DNA of 63,369 nucleotides, the filler included, from Octopus bimaculoides (Eukaryota): assembly GCF_001194135.2 (NCBI RefSeq). It is 5 parts of 4 records of this genome, joined end to end, with 100 filler letters (N's around TTAATTAATTAA, not from the genome) between each part and the next. Parts side by side here need not be neighbours in the genome. Positions count along the whole stretch, not along the records: positions 46,676 to 61,561 come from NC_069000.1; positions 61,662 to 63,369 come from NW_026322301.1; 3 more parts are not named here. One strand, given 5' to 3'. Positions 52,712 to 63,369 of the stretch are shown here, one piece after another. The notes under the pieces were generated by a model. The model ran no database searches and was not told where the DNA came from. It saw only the letters and a program-made list of their open reading frames with translations. The position numbers and the translations under genes were made by a program. Within the stretch, counting starts at the first letter, position 1. Each line of letters starts with the position of its first letter.

Positions 52712-53480
52712 GGGAAGAAAGAGAGAGAGGTGGATTGAGTGAATACCCATGTGTAATTTGGAGGGAGGGGGTATATTAGATTAAAGGAAAACAGGCTTAT
52801 ATAGAGTGAGGAAGTAGGAGAGCGTGTGTGTGTGTGTGTTAAGCTGGACCGAGCGACAGGTGTAAAGCGTTACAAGAGATAAACTAGTAGAGCGTATAGG
52901 AGTTACACGGGAGTAGTTAGAGATTGTGTAAGAGAAATAGAGAGGGGAGGCTACAGGTGAGAGGGATGGTGTGAGAGAGGGGAAAAAAGAACAAGGAGTG
53001 AAAGAAAGAAGAACCACCAAGCGATAGAAATGAGCGGGACGGAGAGAGAAAGATATATATAGAGAGAGAGAGAGAGGGGGGTAGAGAGGAAGAGGGAATA
53101 GGATAGAGTATGTGTGTGTGAGCTTGTTAGGAAGAGGGGTGTAAGAGATGCAAGAGAGGGGATTTTGGTAGCGAGAGTTAAGGGGGTGGTGGGTTGAAAG
53201 GAGTGAGAGAGAGGGGGAGGGACGCAAAGCAGGTGTAGAAGTGGAAAAACTGTGGGGTAGAGAAAGAGATATAATAAGATGTAAAGAGGGAGTGAGAGAG
53301 AGAGACAGATATAACAGGCAGAAATGTGAATGATGATAGAGTAAGAACCGCATAGAGAGGGAGAGGAAGAGAGAGAAGAGGGGAAATAAAGCAAAACAAT
53401 TTCGTTGGGTGGTGGTAGGAGGAGGGTATATTGTCAAAGTGAGAGAAGGTAAGAGTAAGATGGAACAATGGACAAACACA
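52550..53480. repeat. Purine-rich low-complexity tract
   Basis: GA/GGA-dominated plus strand. Confidence 0.8.
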
Positions 53481-53517
53481 CATTCCGACATAAACACACA
53501 TTCCTATATCAATTCAT

Positions 53518-53549
<32 letters not shown>

Positions 53550-53649
53550 GTATGTGCATGTGTGTGTGTGTGAGAGCGCGTATTTAAGTATGTATGCATG
53601 TTTGTATGCGTGTATGTATATGATGAATTTGTGTGTGTGTGTGTGCGTG

Positions 53650-53680
<31 letters not shown>

Positions 53681-54460
53681 TAAAATTTTGTGAATTGTGT
53701 GTGTGTATATATATACACATATATACACACATATATACATATATATATACATATATGTATATATATGTATATATATGTATACATATATATATATATATAT
53801 ATANNNNNNNNNNNNNNNNNNNNNNNNNNNNNNNNNNNNNNNNNNNNNNNNNNNNNNNNNNNNNNNNNNNNNNNNNNNNNNNNNNNNNNNNNNNNNNNNN
53901 NNNNNNNNNNNNNNNNNNNNNNNNNNNNNNNNNNNNNNNNNNNNNNNNNNNNNNNNNNNNNNTATCCACATATATCCACTTAAATTTAAGAGTATATATA
54001 CCAGATTAAGAGATATACACCTATATATCAACATATATGTATACGCATGTGTGCGCTTGTGTGTGTATGTGCATGTATGGTGTGTGCCTAAATGTTTATG
54101 TCAATGAACAGACGCATGTACGCGTGTGTATGAGTGTGTGTGTGTGTGTGTATGTGTGTGTTTGAGTGTGCACACAAAGGAGAGACAACGGGAGGAGATT
54201 GGGTAGGACCTAGGTAGAGAGTATGACGGAGAGTAAAGCGGTAGAGAGGAAGGGGGTAAGTGTTCCAGACGGGGGGGAAACAACGACACGTTCCTTCCTC
54301 TATCCTGTAGGCTAAAACACTATTGTATCGGCTGCCTTCAGTCAGTCTACACAAACGAACGCTGGAGATTTTTACCTATCTGTCTATCTCCCAGTCTCAC
54401 TCTCCGTTTATCTGTAACTCTATCAATTTTTGCTATCTATCTATCAATCAATCAATCAAA

Positions 54461-54526
<66 letters not shown>

Positions 54527-54814
54527 GTGTCTGTCTGCTTATCTATTTATCTGTTAATATANNNNNNNNNNNNNNNNNNNNNNNNNNNNNNNNNNNNNNN
54601 NNNNNNNNNNNNNNNNNNNNNNNNNNNNNNNNNNNNNNNNNNNNNNNNNNNNNNNNNNNNNNNNNNNNNNNNNNNNNNNNNNNNNNNNNNNNNNNNNNNN
54701 NNNNNNNNNNNNNNNNNNNNNNNNNNNNNNNNNNNNNNNNNNNNNNNNNNNNNNNNNNNGTTTATCTGTAACTCTATCAATTTTTGCTATCTATCTATCA
54801 ATCAATCAATCAAA

Positions 54815-54880
<66 letters not shown>

Positions 54881-56084
54881 GTGTCTGTCTGCTTATCTAT
54901 TTATCTGTTAATATATCTATCATTCTATTAATCTATCTGTCATTTCTATCAGTTTATCTATTAATCTGTCATTTCATCTATCGGTCTGTCTACCATTCTA
55001 TCTATCTATCTATCTACCTTTCTATCTATGTTTGTCTGTCCATCATTCTCTCTATCATTCAATTGATCTATCATTCTATCTAGCTGTTTGTCTATCTGTT
55101 TGTCTATCTAGCAATCCAGCTATAAATTTGTGTCCTTCTTATATATACCTCTCAATCCGCCCAAGTGTCCGTGTCTATCTATCTATCTATCTATCTATCT
55201 ATTTAGCTTGTCTACTTGTACGTTGGTCTTTCTGAGTATGACTCTGTTTCTCCATTTACGTACGGGTCTTTCGCTTTTCCAACGCTATCTATTAATCTAT
55301 CTACATCTATCCTCCACCAATCTAACTAAACGACCAACCAACCTCTCTGTATAAATATACCTCTATCCGCATGTGAGTGTATGCGTGTGCGTATGCCTGT
55401 ATGCACGCGTGTGTGTATATATGTGTGTGTATGTGTATGCCCGTGTATGTGTTTCGGTGTCCAGTTCCTATGAGAAAAAGAGAGAAAGAGAAAGAGAGAG
55501 GTTAAAAAAGAAAGACAGATACAGAAGTGTGAAGTGACAGCAAGAGAGAGAGAAAGAGAGATACATCGACGAACCAGCGGACGTACAGTTAACCACTGCC
55601 CAGTGGTTATGAAGAGCTATGAAGACCAATTTCTCCATTAAAGCTAAGCGCAATCGGAAACCCCAACAAGTTAAGTATCTGTCTTGCTTTTTCTTTCGTC
55701 CTTCTCTTCTTTCTCTTTGTCTCTCTTTCTTTCTCGTCAGACCGCCGATCTCTCTTCCTCTATCACTCCCCGTCAAATGACTTTTTTCACTTATATTTAT
55801 GTTGGATTATACAAGAGGGCAGCTTTCGGGATAGGGGCCACTTGTAAACATCTGGAGCCTTTCCGAGGTTGATTTAGTCGGATACCTGTATGGTGGTGGT
55901 GGTGGTGGTGGTTCGTTACTTGCTTGCTGGCTTGCTAATGTTGTTATACCTGTCGTAGTGGCAGTGATGGTGGCGAAAGGGGGGAGGCTGAGTGGAAACA
56001 ATGGTGGTGGTGGTGGTGGTCGTCGTCGTCGTGAAGTGGCTGCTGCGGTGAATCGGTTGTTGTACCTGTCGTAACATTGTTGTT

Positions 56085-56215
56085 GCTGGTTGTGACTAGT
56101 CCAAGTTCGAGTAGATTTACGACCAGAAGCGTTCCAAGCGTGACCTTCCAAATTGCTGTCATATATACTATATCCAAGACTACACTATCCAACGTGTCCT
56201 TCTAGTTTATTACAT
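56085..56215 (-). mobile_element. Fragment of a further dispersed repeat (family E)
   Basis: ggtcac..tggaa.gc motif and flanks are shared with 35010-35100 (+), 36505-36700 (-) and 51865-52030 (-). Confidence 0.5.
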
Positions 56216-57190
56216 GGTAGGCCTTAAATTTGGAGATTCGACTGTCNNNNNNNNNNNNNNNNNNNNNNNNNNNNNNNNNNNNNNNNNNNNNNNNNNNNNN
56301 NNNNNNNNNNNNNNNNNNNNNNNNNNNNNNNNNNNNNNNNNNNNNNNNNNNNNNNNNNNNNNNNNNNNNNNNNNNNNNNNNNNNNNNNNNNNNNNNNNNN
56401 NNNNNNNNNNNNNNNNNNNNNNNNNNNNNNNNNNNNNNNNNNNNNNNNNNNNNNNNNNNNNNNNNNNNNNNNNNNNNNNNNNNNNNNNNNNNNNNNNNNN
56501 NNNNNNNNNNNNNNNNNNNNNNNNNNNNNNNNNNNNNNNNNNNNNNNNNNNNNNNNNNNNNNNNNNNNNNNNNNNNNNNNNNNNNNNNNNNNNNNNNNNN
56601 NNNNNNNNNNNNNNNNNNNNNNNNNNNNNNNNNNNNNNNNNNNNNNNNNNNNNNNNNNNNNNNNNNNNNNNNNNNNNNNNNNNNNNNNNNNNNNNNNNNN
56701 NNNNNNNNNNNNNNNNNNNNNNNNNNNNNNNNNNNNNNNNNNNNNNNNNNNNNNNNNNNNNNNNNNNNNNNNNNNNNNNNNNNNNNNNNNNNNNNNNNNN
56801 NNNNNNNNNNNNNNNNNNNNNNNNNNNNNNNNNNNNNNNNNNNNNNNNNNNNNNNNNNNNNNNNNNNNNNNNNNNNNNNNNNNNNNNNNNNNNNNNNNNN
56901 NNNNNNNNNNNNNNNNNNNNNNNNNNNNNNNNNNNNNNNNNNNNNNNNNNNNNNNNNNNNNNNNNNNNNNNNNNNNNNNNNNNNNNNNNNNNNNNNNNNN
57001 NNNNNNNNNNNNNNNNNNNNNNNNNNNNNNNNNNNNNNNNNNNNNNNNNNNNNNNNNNNTATATATATATAATCCACGTTATCTCTTTTCTCATGCATAC
57101 ACACACACACACACATTGACTTTCACTTTCCCCCCATTAAATATCTGTTATCTCTGAATCTATCGAGTTTTCTCTCTACCTAACTGTATT

Positions 57191-57229
<39 letters not shown>

Positions 57230-57719
57230 ATATATATACACATACATACACACAAACATAGACATATACATACATACAAATGTACATATATATGTGTGTA
57301 TAAATACATATATATACATATATATGTATTTATATATACATACATATATACATATATACACATACATACATACATGTATACACCCATGCATACTCTCACA
57401 CACTATATACACACATGTAAGTATGTATATATATATATATATATATATACTCACACATACACCTGTCTATCTTTCTTCCTATTTAGCATTTCATTTTAAT
57501 ATAGATATTGTGCATTTGTTAGTGTGTATATTGTATGTACATATGTATACATATANNNNNNNNNNNNNNNNNNNNNNNNNNNNNNNNNNNNNNNNNNNNN
57601 NNNNNNNNNNNNNNNNNNNNNNNNNNNNNNNNNNNNNNNNNNNNNNNNNNNNNNNNNNNNNNNNNNNNNNNNNNNNNNNNNNNNNNNNNNNNNNNNNNNN
57701 NNNNNNNNNNNNNNNNNNN

Positions 57720-57752
<33 letters not shown>

Positions 57753-58029
57753 TATGTATACATACATGTCTATTTACCTAGCTGTCATCTTCCTACCTAC
57801 CCACTTCCTCATCCCTTATTCTGCTTTCTCATTAGATTTCTTCTCTTCGTACAAAAAGCGATGGAGTCACTACGTGGTATATCAACCTGCCTGAAATAGC
57901 AACTCAATCTATCTCACATGTACCTTAAAAAAGGAAGGACTTGTTCGACAATGTGGTAACGGTGGTTGTACAATAACTGTTGACCTTGGGCTAAACAAAA
58001 TCCACAACTTTCTACGTCACTCTCTTTCA

Positions 58030-58072
<43 letters not shown>

Positions 58073-59490
58073 AGTATCTCTATCTTTCTTCCTCTCTACC
58101 TTTCCATCTGTGTTTCTCTCTCTTTCTCTCTTCTTATCTCTAATTCTCTCTCTTTCTCTCTTCCTATCTCTCTCTTTCTCTCTTCCTATCTCTCTAATTC
58201 TCTCTCTTTCTCTCTTCCTATCTTTAATTCTCTCTCTTTCTTTCTTTCTGTTTCCTTGTCTATCTCTCTATCTTCTTATTTTACTACTTCTCTTTCACTA
58301 CCTCTCTCTATCTCTATCTCCCTACCTCTCTCAAACTCTCTCTGCCTCTGTCTATCTCTGTCCCTATCTTCCTACTTCTCTCAAACTCTCCCTATCCCTC
58401 TACCTCTCTCTGTCTCCTTTCCTCTCTCCCTATCTCCCAACCTCTCTCCATCTCTCTATCTCTCTACCTCTCTCAAACTCTCTCTGTCTCCCGACCTCTA
58501 TCTCTCTATCATCTTACCTGTCTCTATTTCTCTATCCCCTGCCTCTCTCTATCTCCTTTCCTCTCTCTCAAACTCTCTACCTCTCTCAAACTCTATCTAT
58601 CTACCTCTTTCTATCTCCCTATCTCTCTACCTCTCTTTACTTCCCTATCTCTCTGTCTCTCTATCTCCCTACCTCTCTCAAACTCTCTCTATCTCATCAT
58701 CCTACCTCTTTCTGCACCATTCTTTCTTTCTTTCCTCTTTCTCATTGTCTCTTTAACAGGCACAATCTCTCTCTCTCTTTCTCTCTCCATCTCTTTGATT
58801 CTCTCCTTCTTTATTACACTTCGTACCCCCTTCCCCCACCACCATTACCACTCAACCTCCTTCACCGATTCCTTCTTTGCATTTCTTGTCCCCTTACTAC
58901 CTCCTCTCCTCTCCTCTCGTTCTCTCTTTCTTTCTTCGTTCTTCTCCTTCTTTATGTGATTAATTTTCATCTCTTTAGTCCTCTGTTCTTCTCTTTTTTC
59001 CAATCTCTTTTACCACTTCTTTCTTTCTCTCCCTCTTTCTTTCTTTCTTTCTTCCACCCTCTTTCATTCTTTCTTTCTCTCCCTCTTTCTTTCTTTCTTT
59101 CTTTCATTCTCTCCCTCTTTCTTTCTTTCTTTCTTCCACCCTCTTTCATTCTTTCTTTCTCTCCCTCCCTCTTTCTTTCTTTCTTCCACCCTCTTTCATT
59201 CTTTCTTTCTCTCCCTCTTTCTTTCTTTCATTCTTTCTTTCTCTCCCTCTTTCTTTCTTTTTTTCTTTCTTCCACCCTCTTTCATTCTCTCCCTCTTTCT
59301 TTCTTTCTTTCTTCCACCCTCTTTCATTCTTTCTTTCTTCCACCCTCTTTCATTCTTTCTTTCTCTCCCTCTTTCTTTCTTTCTTTCTTCCACCCTCTTT
59401 CATTCTTTCTTTCTCTCCCTCTTTCTTCCTTTCTTTCTTCCACCTTCTTTCTTTCTTTCTTCTTTTCTTCCCTCTTTCCTCCCACACTCC
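58030..59490. repeat. About 1.45-kb polypyrimidine tract with two minisatellites
   Basis: ctctctcaaactctct units (58320-58690) and ctttcttccaccctctttcattctttctttctctccct units (59010-59460). Confidence 0.9.
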
Positions 59491-59842
59491 TCTTAAATGT
59501 TCGTTCCTCTTTCATAACCTAATATTTCGCTTTCGTTTCTTTCTTTAGTTCTTTCGACATTTTACAATTTCATTCAATTTTCTCTTTCATTCTTTTTCTC
59601 TTCTTTTATTCCCAAAAGTTTTCATGCTGTCATTGTTGATGTCAACTTTGTCAGTTGTCATTAATGTCAATGTTGTTCTTCTTGTTACTGCTGCCGATGT
59701 TGTTAATATTGTCAATGTTGTGTTATTGTCCATGCCGTTGTTATTAATGTTGCGCTTGCTGGTGATAATGTTGCTGATATTATTAATAGTATGTCGCTGC
59801 CAATGCTGACATGGCTGTCATTATCATGGTTGTCAAAGACAG

Positions 59843-60345
59843 CGAGCTGGCAGAATCGTTAGCACACCAGGCGAAATGCTTAGAGGTATTTCCGTCTTCC
59901 ACGACCTTCTGAGTTCAAATTCCGCCGATGTCGACTTTGCCTTTCGTTCTTTCGACTAGTCCCCTCCCCCAAAATTTCAGGCCTTTTGCCTATAGCAACG
60001 ATAAACGTCGCCCTTTCAAAGCCTAGCCAGGCTCATGGGCCCGGTTTCCCGGTTTCTATGGCGTATGTGTTCCCCCACCCCGCAGCTGGACGGGACGCCA
60101 GTCCATCGCAGCGTTACTCAAGAAACAGGAAGAAAGAGTGAGAGAGAAAGTTGGGGCGAAAGAGTACAACAGGGGTCGCCACCACCCCCTGCCGGAGCCT
60201 CGTGGAGCTTAGGTGTTTTCGCTCAATAAACACACACAACGCCCGGTCTGGGAATCGAAACCACGACCCCCCCGACCGCGAGTCCGCTGCCCTAACCACT
60301 GGGCCATTGCGCCTCCACTTTTGCCTATAGTAGAAATGGATTATT
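59843..60345 (+). mobile_element. SINE family A interrupted by a family C SINE
   Basis: gcgagctggcagaatcgttagc head. The tail resumes after the insertion. Confidence 0.8.
59996..60317 (-). mobile_element. SINE family C (V-domain-like segment), full length, 13-bp TSD
   Basis: TSD cttttgcctatag at 59983-59995 and 60318-60330. A box tggcccagtgg, B box gtttcgattcc, internal gcgatggactggcgtcccgtccag. Confidence 0.9.
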
Positions 60346-60648
60346 GTGGTTGTCAATGATGAGCTGTTTTCAATGTTATGATGTCAATATTACAGCGACT
60401 GGCAATGCTGTGGTTGTTGACAATATTGTTATTATTGTTCTTACTGCCGTTGTTGTCAATACTATCGCTGTTTTAAACGGTAAAGTGTCAATGTTGTTTT
60501 TGTCAATATTGGTGTGGTTGTCAATGTTATGTTGTCAATGTTGTCGATAAGTACTCGTCAAATAGCGGAGTCGGTGTAATTGACTTACTTCCTCTCACAC
60601 AAAAATTACTGGCTTTGAGCCAAAACTTGAGACCTTCGTCATTATTCA

Positions 60649-60962
60649 GTTCTATATTTAAGAGATGAGGAATTCTGTACATTATTTACATTCGACGGGC
60701 ATATGGCGTAGTGGTTAAGAGCGCGGGCTACTAACCCCAAGATTCCTGGTTCGATTCCAAGCAGTGACCTGAACACTAATAATAATAATGATAATAATAA
60801 TAATAATAATCATAATAACATCGAAAAATACCTTAGGAATGAGAACCCAGGTTCGAAATTTCCCCAAGACACCTGAGGAAGGCTGGAGAGTATATCAGCC
60901 GAAACGTTGTGTTAATAACAAACAAGATGAGGACAAATATCCGTAAATAATGTAAATAATGT
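60649..60962 (+). mobile_element. Composite element: inverted end, tRNA-like Pol III head, (TAA)n, hammerhead, inverted end
   Basis: A box TGGCGTAGTGG (60704) and B box GGTTCGATTCC (60748). The left terminus is the reverse complement of 17558-17591 and of the partial right end at 60938-60962. Confidence 0.78.
60868..60913 (+). ncRNA. Type I minimal hammerhead motif
   Basis: GACAC-CUGAGGA-A-GGCUG(loop)CAGCC-GAAACGUU-GUGUU. Stems I and II are intact and stem III is the palindrome AACGUU. Confidence 0.65.
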
Positions 60963-60987
60963 TCATCATTATTGTTGTTGTTGTTGG

Positions 60988-61200
60988 AGTGAGCTGGCAG
61001 AGTCGTAAGCTTGCCGGACAAAATGGGTAGCGGCATTTGGTCCGTTTTTACGTCCTGAGTTCAAATCCCGCCGACGTCGACTTAGCCTTTCATTCTTTCG
61101 GAATCGATAAATTCAGTACAAGTCGATCACAGGGGTTGATATATTCGACTAGTCCCCTCCCCCCGAAATTTCAGGCCTTGTGCCTATAGCAGAAAGGATT
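60988..61200 (+). mobile_element. SINE family A copy
   Basis: gagctggcagagtcgtaagc head and ctgagttcaaatccc B box. Confidence 0.85.
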
Positions 61201-61734
61201 ATATTATTGTTGTTGTTGTTGTTGTTGGGGTGAGCCGATGTCGTCGTTGTTGTTGTTGTTGTTGTAATCGTTGTTGTGACCCTTGTTGTTCTTGGGCATC
61301 AAGAAGAGAAAACAGGTGAGAAGAGAGTTAAAGAGAGACAGAGAAAGGAAGAGCTGGGTGAAAGAAGGCGAAAGAAACAGGAGGGTGGGGAAGAGGACGG
61401 AAAGGAGGAGGAGGAAGAATGGGAGGAGGAGGAAGAAGGGGAGGAGGAGGAAGTAGGGGAGGAGGAAGAAGGAGGCGGCGGAGGGGGAAGGATTGTTAGG
61501 TGTGTGAACGGAATCTGATAGTGCGTCTACGCGTGTGGCCGTGGGGTGGTTGTGTGACTGTNNNNNNNNNNNNNNNNNNNNNNNNNNNNNNNNNNNNNNN
61601 NNNNNTTAATTAATTAANNNNNNNNNNNNNNNNNNNNNNNNNNNNNNNNNNNNNNNNNNNNGTGTGTGTGTGTGTGTGTGTGTGTCTGTATGTTAGCAAT
61701 CCTACTAAGCTACAGAAAAAATATCTTTTCAACG

Positions 61735-62130
61735 CGACATGTCAGCTACTGAGGCTGAAAAAATTAAAACTTAATCCGTGAATAATGGAGGGAAAGTTGT
61801 GTAGTGATATGCAACTGGATGGCTTGTACCAAACTTTCGCATTGAAAGATATACAAACTTCAGGACGGACAACCACTGCAGAGTGTCCAATTTCTCAAAA
61901 TTGCCATCAGGATACAGAACCAGACATGTAACAACTTGGTTTACAATGGCCCACAACTCTTTAGTGACTTCCCAAAAAACCTGAGAGACGTACATCGAGT
62001 GGATGTAGAAGTTTTCAAAACAAGATTGGACGTCCTATTGTTAAGAGTACGGAATGAAGCTACCTTGCGGCATGAAACGCAGACAAAGTCAGCTCATTCA
62101 GCGAATATCACAGATTAGGTTTCATGAAGG
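61735..62130 (+). mobile_element. CR1/L2-group LINE 3' end fragment
   Basis: RLKKLKL, GLVPNF, YNGPQLFSDFPKNLRDVHRVDVEVFKTRLD match the typical GP.LFN.LP..LR...FK..LD C-terminus. Confidence 0.68.
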
Positions 62131-62250
62131 TGCACCAAAGCAAAAGCGGTGTCCGGGCAGACCACAGCTTTGGAGCCGAAACTAATAAATGAATAATAGA
62201 ATAAAAGACTATATGCATATATGTGTATGTGTATGTTTGTGTGGGTATAT

Positions 62251-62347
62251 GTGGAGGCGCAATGGCCCAGTGGTTAGGGCATCGGACTCGCAGTCATAGG
62301 ATCGCGGTTTCGATTCACAGACCCGGCGTTGTGCGTGTTTATTGAGG
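62251..62347 (+). mobile_element. SINE family C head (runs into gap)
   Basis: gtggaggcgcaatggcccagtggttagggc is identical to the head of 59996-60317. Confidence 0.85.
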
Positions 62348-63231
62348 NNNNNNNNNNNNNNNNNNNNNNNNNNNNNNNNNNNNNNNNNNNNNNNNNNNNN
62401 NNNNNNNNNNNNNNNNNNNNNNNNNNNNNNNNNNNNNNNNNNNNNNNNNNNNNNNNNNNNNNNNNNNNNNNNNNNNNNNNNNNNNNNNNNNNNNNNNNNN
62501 NNNNNNNNNNNNNNNNNNNNNNNNNNNNNNNNNNNNNNNNNNNNNNNNNNNNNNNNNNNNNNNNNNNNNNNNNNNNNNNNNNNNNNNNNNNNNNNNNNNN
62601 NNNNNNNNNNNNNNNNNNNNNNNNNNNNNNNNNNNNNNNNNNNNNNNNNNNNNNNNNNNNNNNNNNNNNNNNNNNNNNNNNNNNNNNNNNNNNNNNNNNN
62701 NNNNNNNNNNNNNNNNNNNNNNNNNNNNNNNNNNNNNNNNNNNNNNNNNNNNNNNNNNNNNNNNNNNNNNNNNNNNNNNNNNNNNNNNNNNNNNNNNNNN
62801 NNNNNNNNNNNNNNNNNNNNTATATATAAGGTTGAGGAGGGTATTGGATTTAACCAAACCCAGGAGGATACAGGTAATACCGAGTAAGTGTTGTATACCG
62901 ACTAGTTTGCCCCAGTCGTTGTATGAACAGGATTGGGTATTATAAGTCGTGTATTAGCGTGTGTATATGTAAATATATAAACACAAAAAGGTAAATGGAG
63001 CAAGGTTAGGTTGGAGAAGTATTTTATGGATAGAGTCTTACAGCTGTTTCTGGGAAGATCCAGTACTTCCCTTCATCGGAGACTGAAAAAATAAAGTAAT
63101 CTATTATTATATCCATAGGCGGATATTTTTAGTATGAAGTGGTAAAGAGTGTGATGTGCTGAAAAAAGAGAGAACAGTACTTGAAGTGTAGTTTCATTCC
63201 AGTGGTGAATATCCGTGTAGAAATCATTTTT

Positions 63232-63356
63232 AAAGTAACCCCTGTGTGGATAATCCGGAAATTTATGTTGGAGCGAAAGTTGATATAGCATAGATATGCT
63301 ATATCAACTTTATGTTCAGACATAAATTTCCGGATTATCCACACAGGGATTACTTT
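63232..63356. repeat. Near-perfect palindrome (about 60-bp arms), probable MITE core
   Basis: aaagtaaccctgtgtggataatccggaaatttatg...aaagttgatatagcat / atgctatatcaacttt...cataaatttccggattatccacacagggattacttt. Confidence 0.85.
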
Positions 63357-63369
63357 GCACGGATTTCTA

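Noticed and set aside
55807-56192. Apparent signal peptide plus Thr/His-rich ORF (MTAIWKVTLGTLLVVNLLELGLVTTS...)
   Set aside because: The N-terminal part aligns with a dispersed repeat also present at 35010-35100, 36505-36700 and 51865-52030. The rest is triplet microsatellite, and the frame breaks.
58110-59522. 470-aa Leu/Ser/Phe ORF and other long ORF-track entries (HT, CV, YI and X-run ORFs)
   Set aside because: These are translations of microsatellites, pyrimidine tracts or N gaps.
60698-60769. Functional tRNA-Ser(ACT) gene
   Set aside because: The anticodon stem has only 3 pairs, the acceptor stem is poor and it is embedded in a repeat. Treated as a SINE-like head.

Overview
This is AT-rich, microsatellite-dense, gapped animal genomic DNA. 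It is most likely a coleoid cephalopod such as Octopus; that is an inference from the SINE repertoire and simple-repeat density, not a database match. No host protein-coding gene can be identified. There is only a promoter-like CpG-rich island near 23.3-23.9 kb and a few weak candidate exons. Almost all interpretable sequence is decayed mobile DNA: three mariner fragments, a pogo/POGK-like transposon, Helitron remnants, two R4/Dong retroposons at (TAA)n tracts, RTE and CR1-like LINE pieces, two Penelope-like (probably Naiad) RT copies, an ORF1-only L1/Tx1-like element, several tRNA-derived SINE families and fold-back MITEs. The most notable signal is a set of minimal hammerhead-ribozyme motifs in different repeat contexts. 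These include a composite element with inverted ends, a tRNA-like Pol III head, a (TAA)n tract and a hammerhead, which may be a Penelope-mobilised SINE or retrozyme. Also notable are tandem fold-back elements with head-to-head TTAGGG/CCCTAA cores. Several apparent duplications and four N44-TTAATTAATTAA-N44 blocks are assembly artefacts. Most ORF-track entries are microsatellite or N-run noise.
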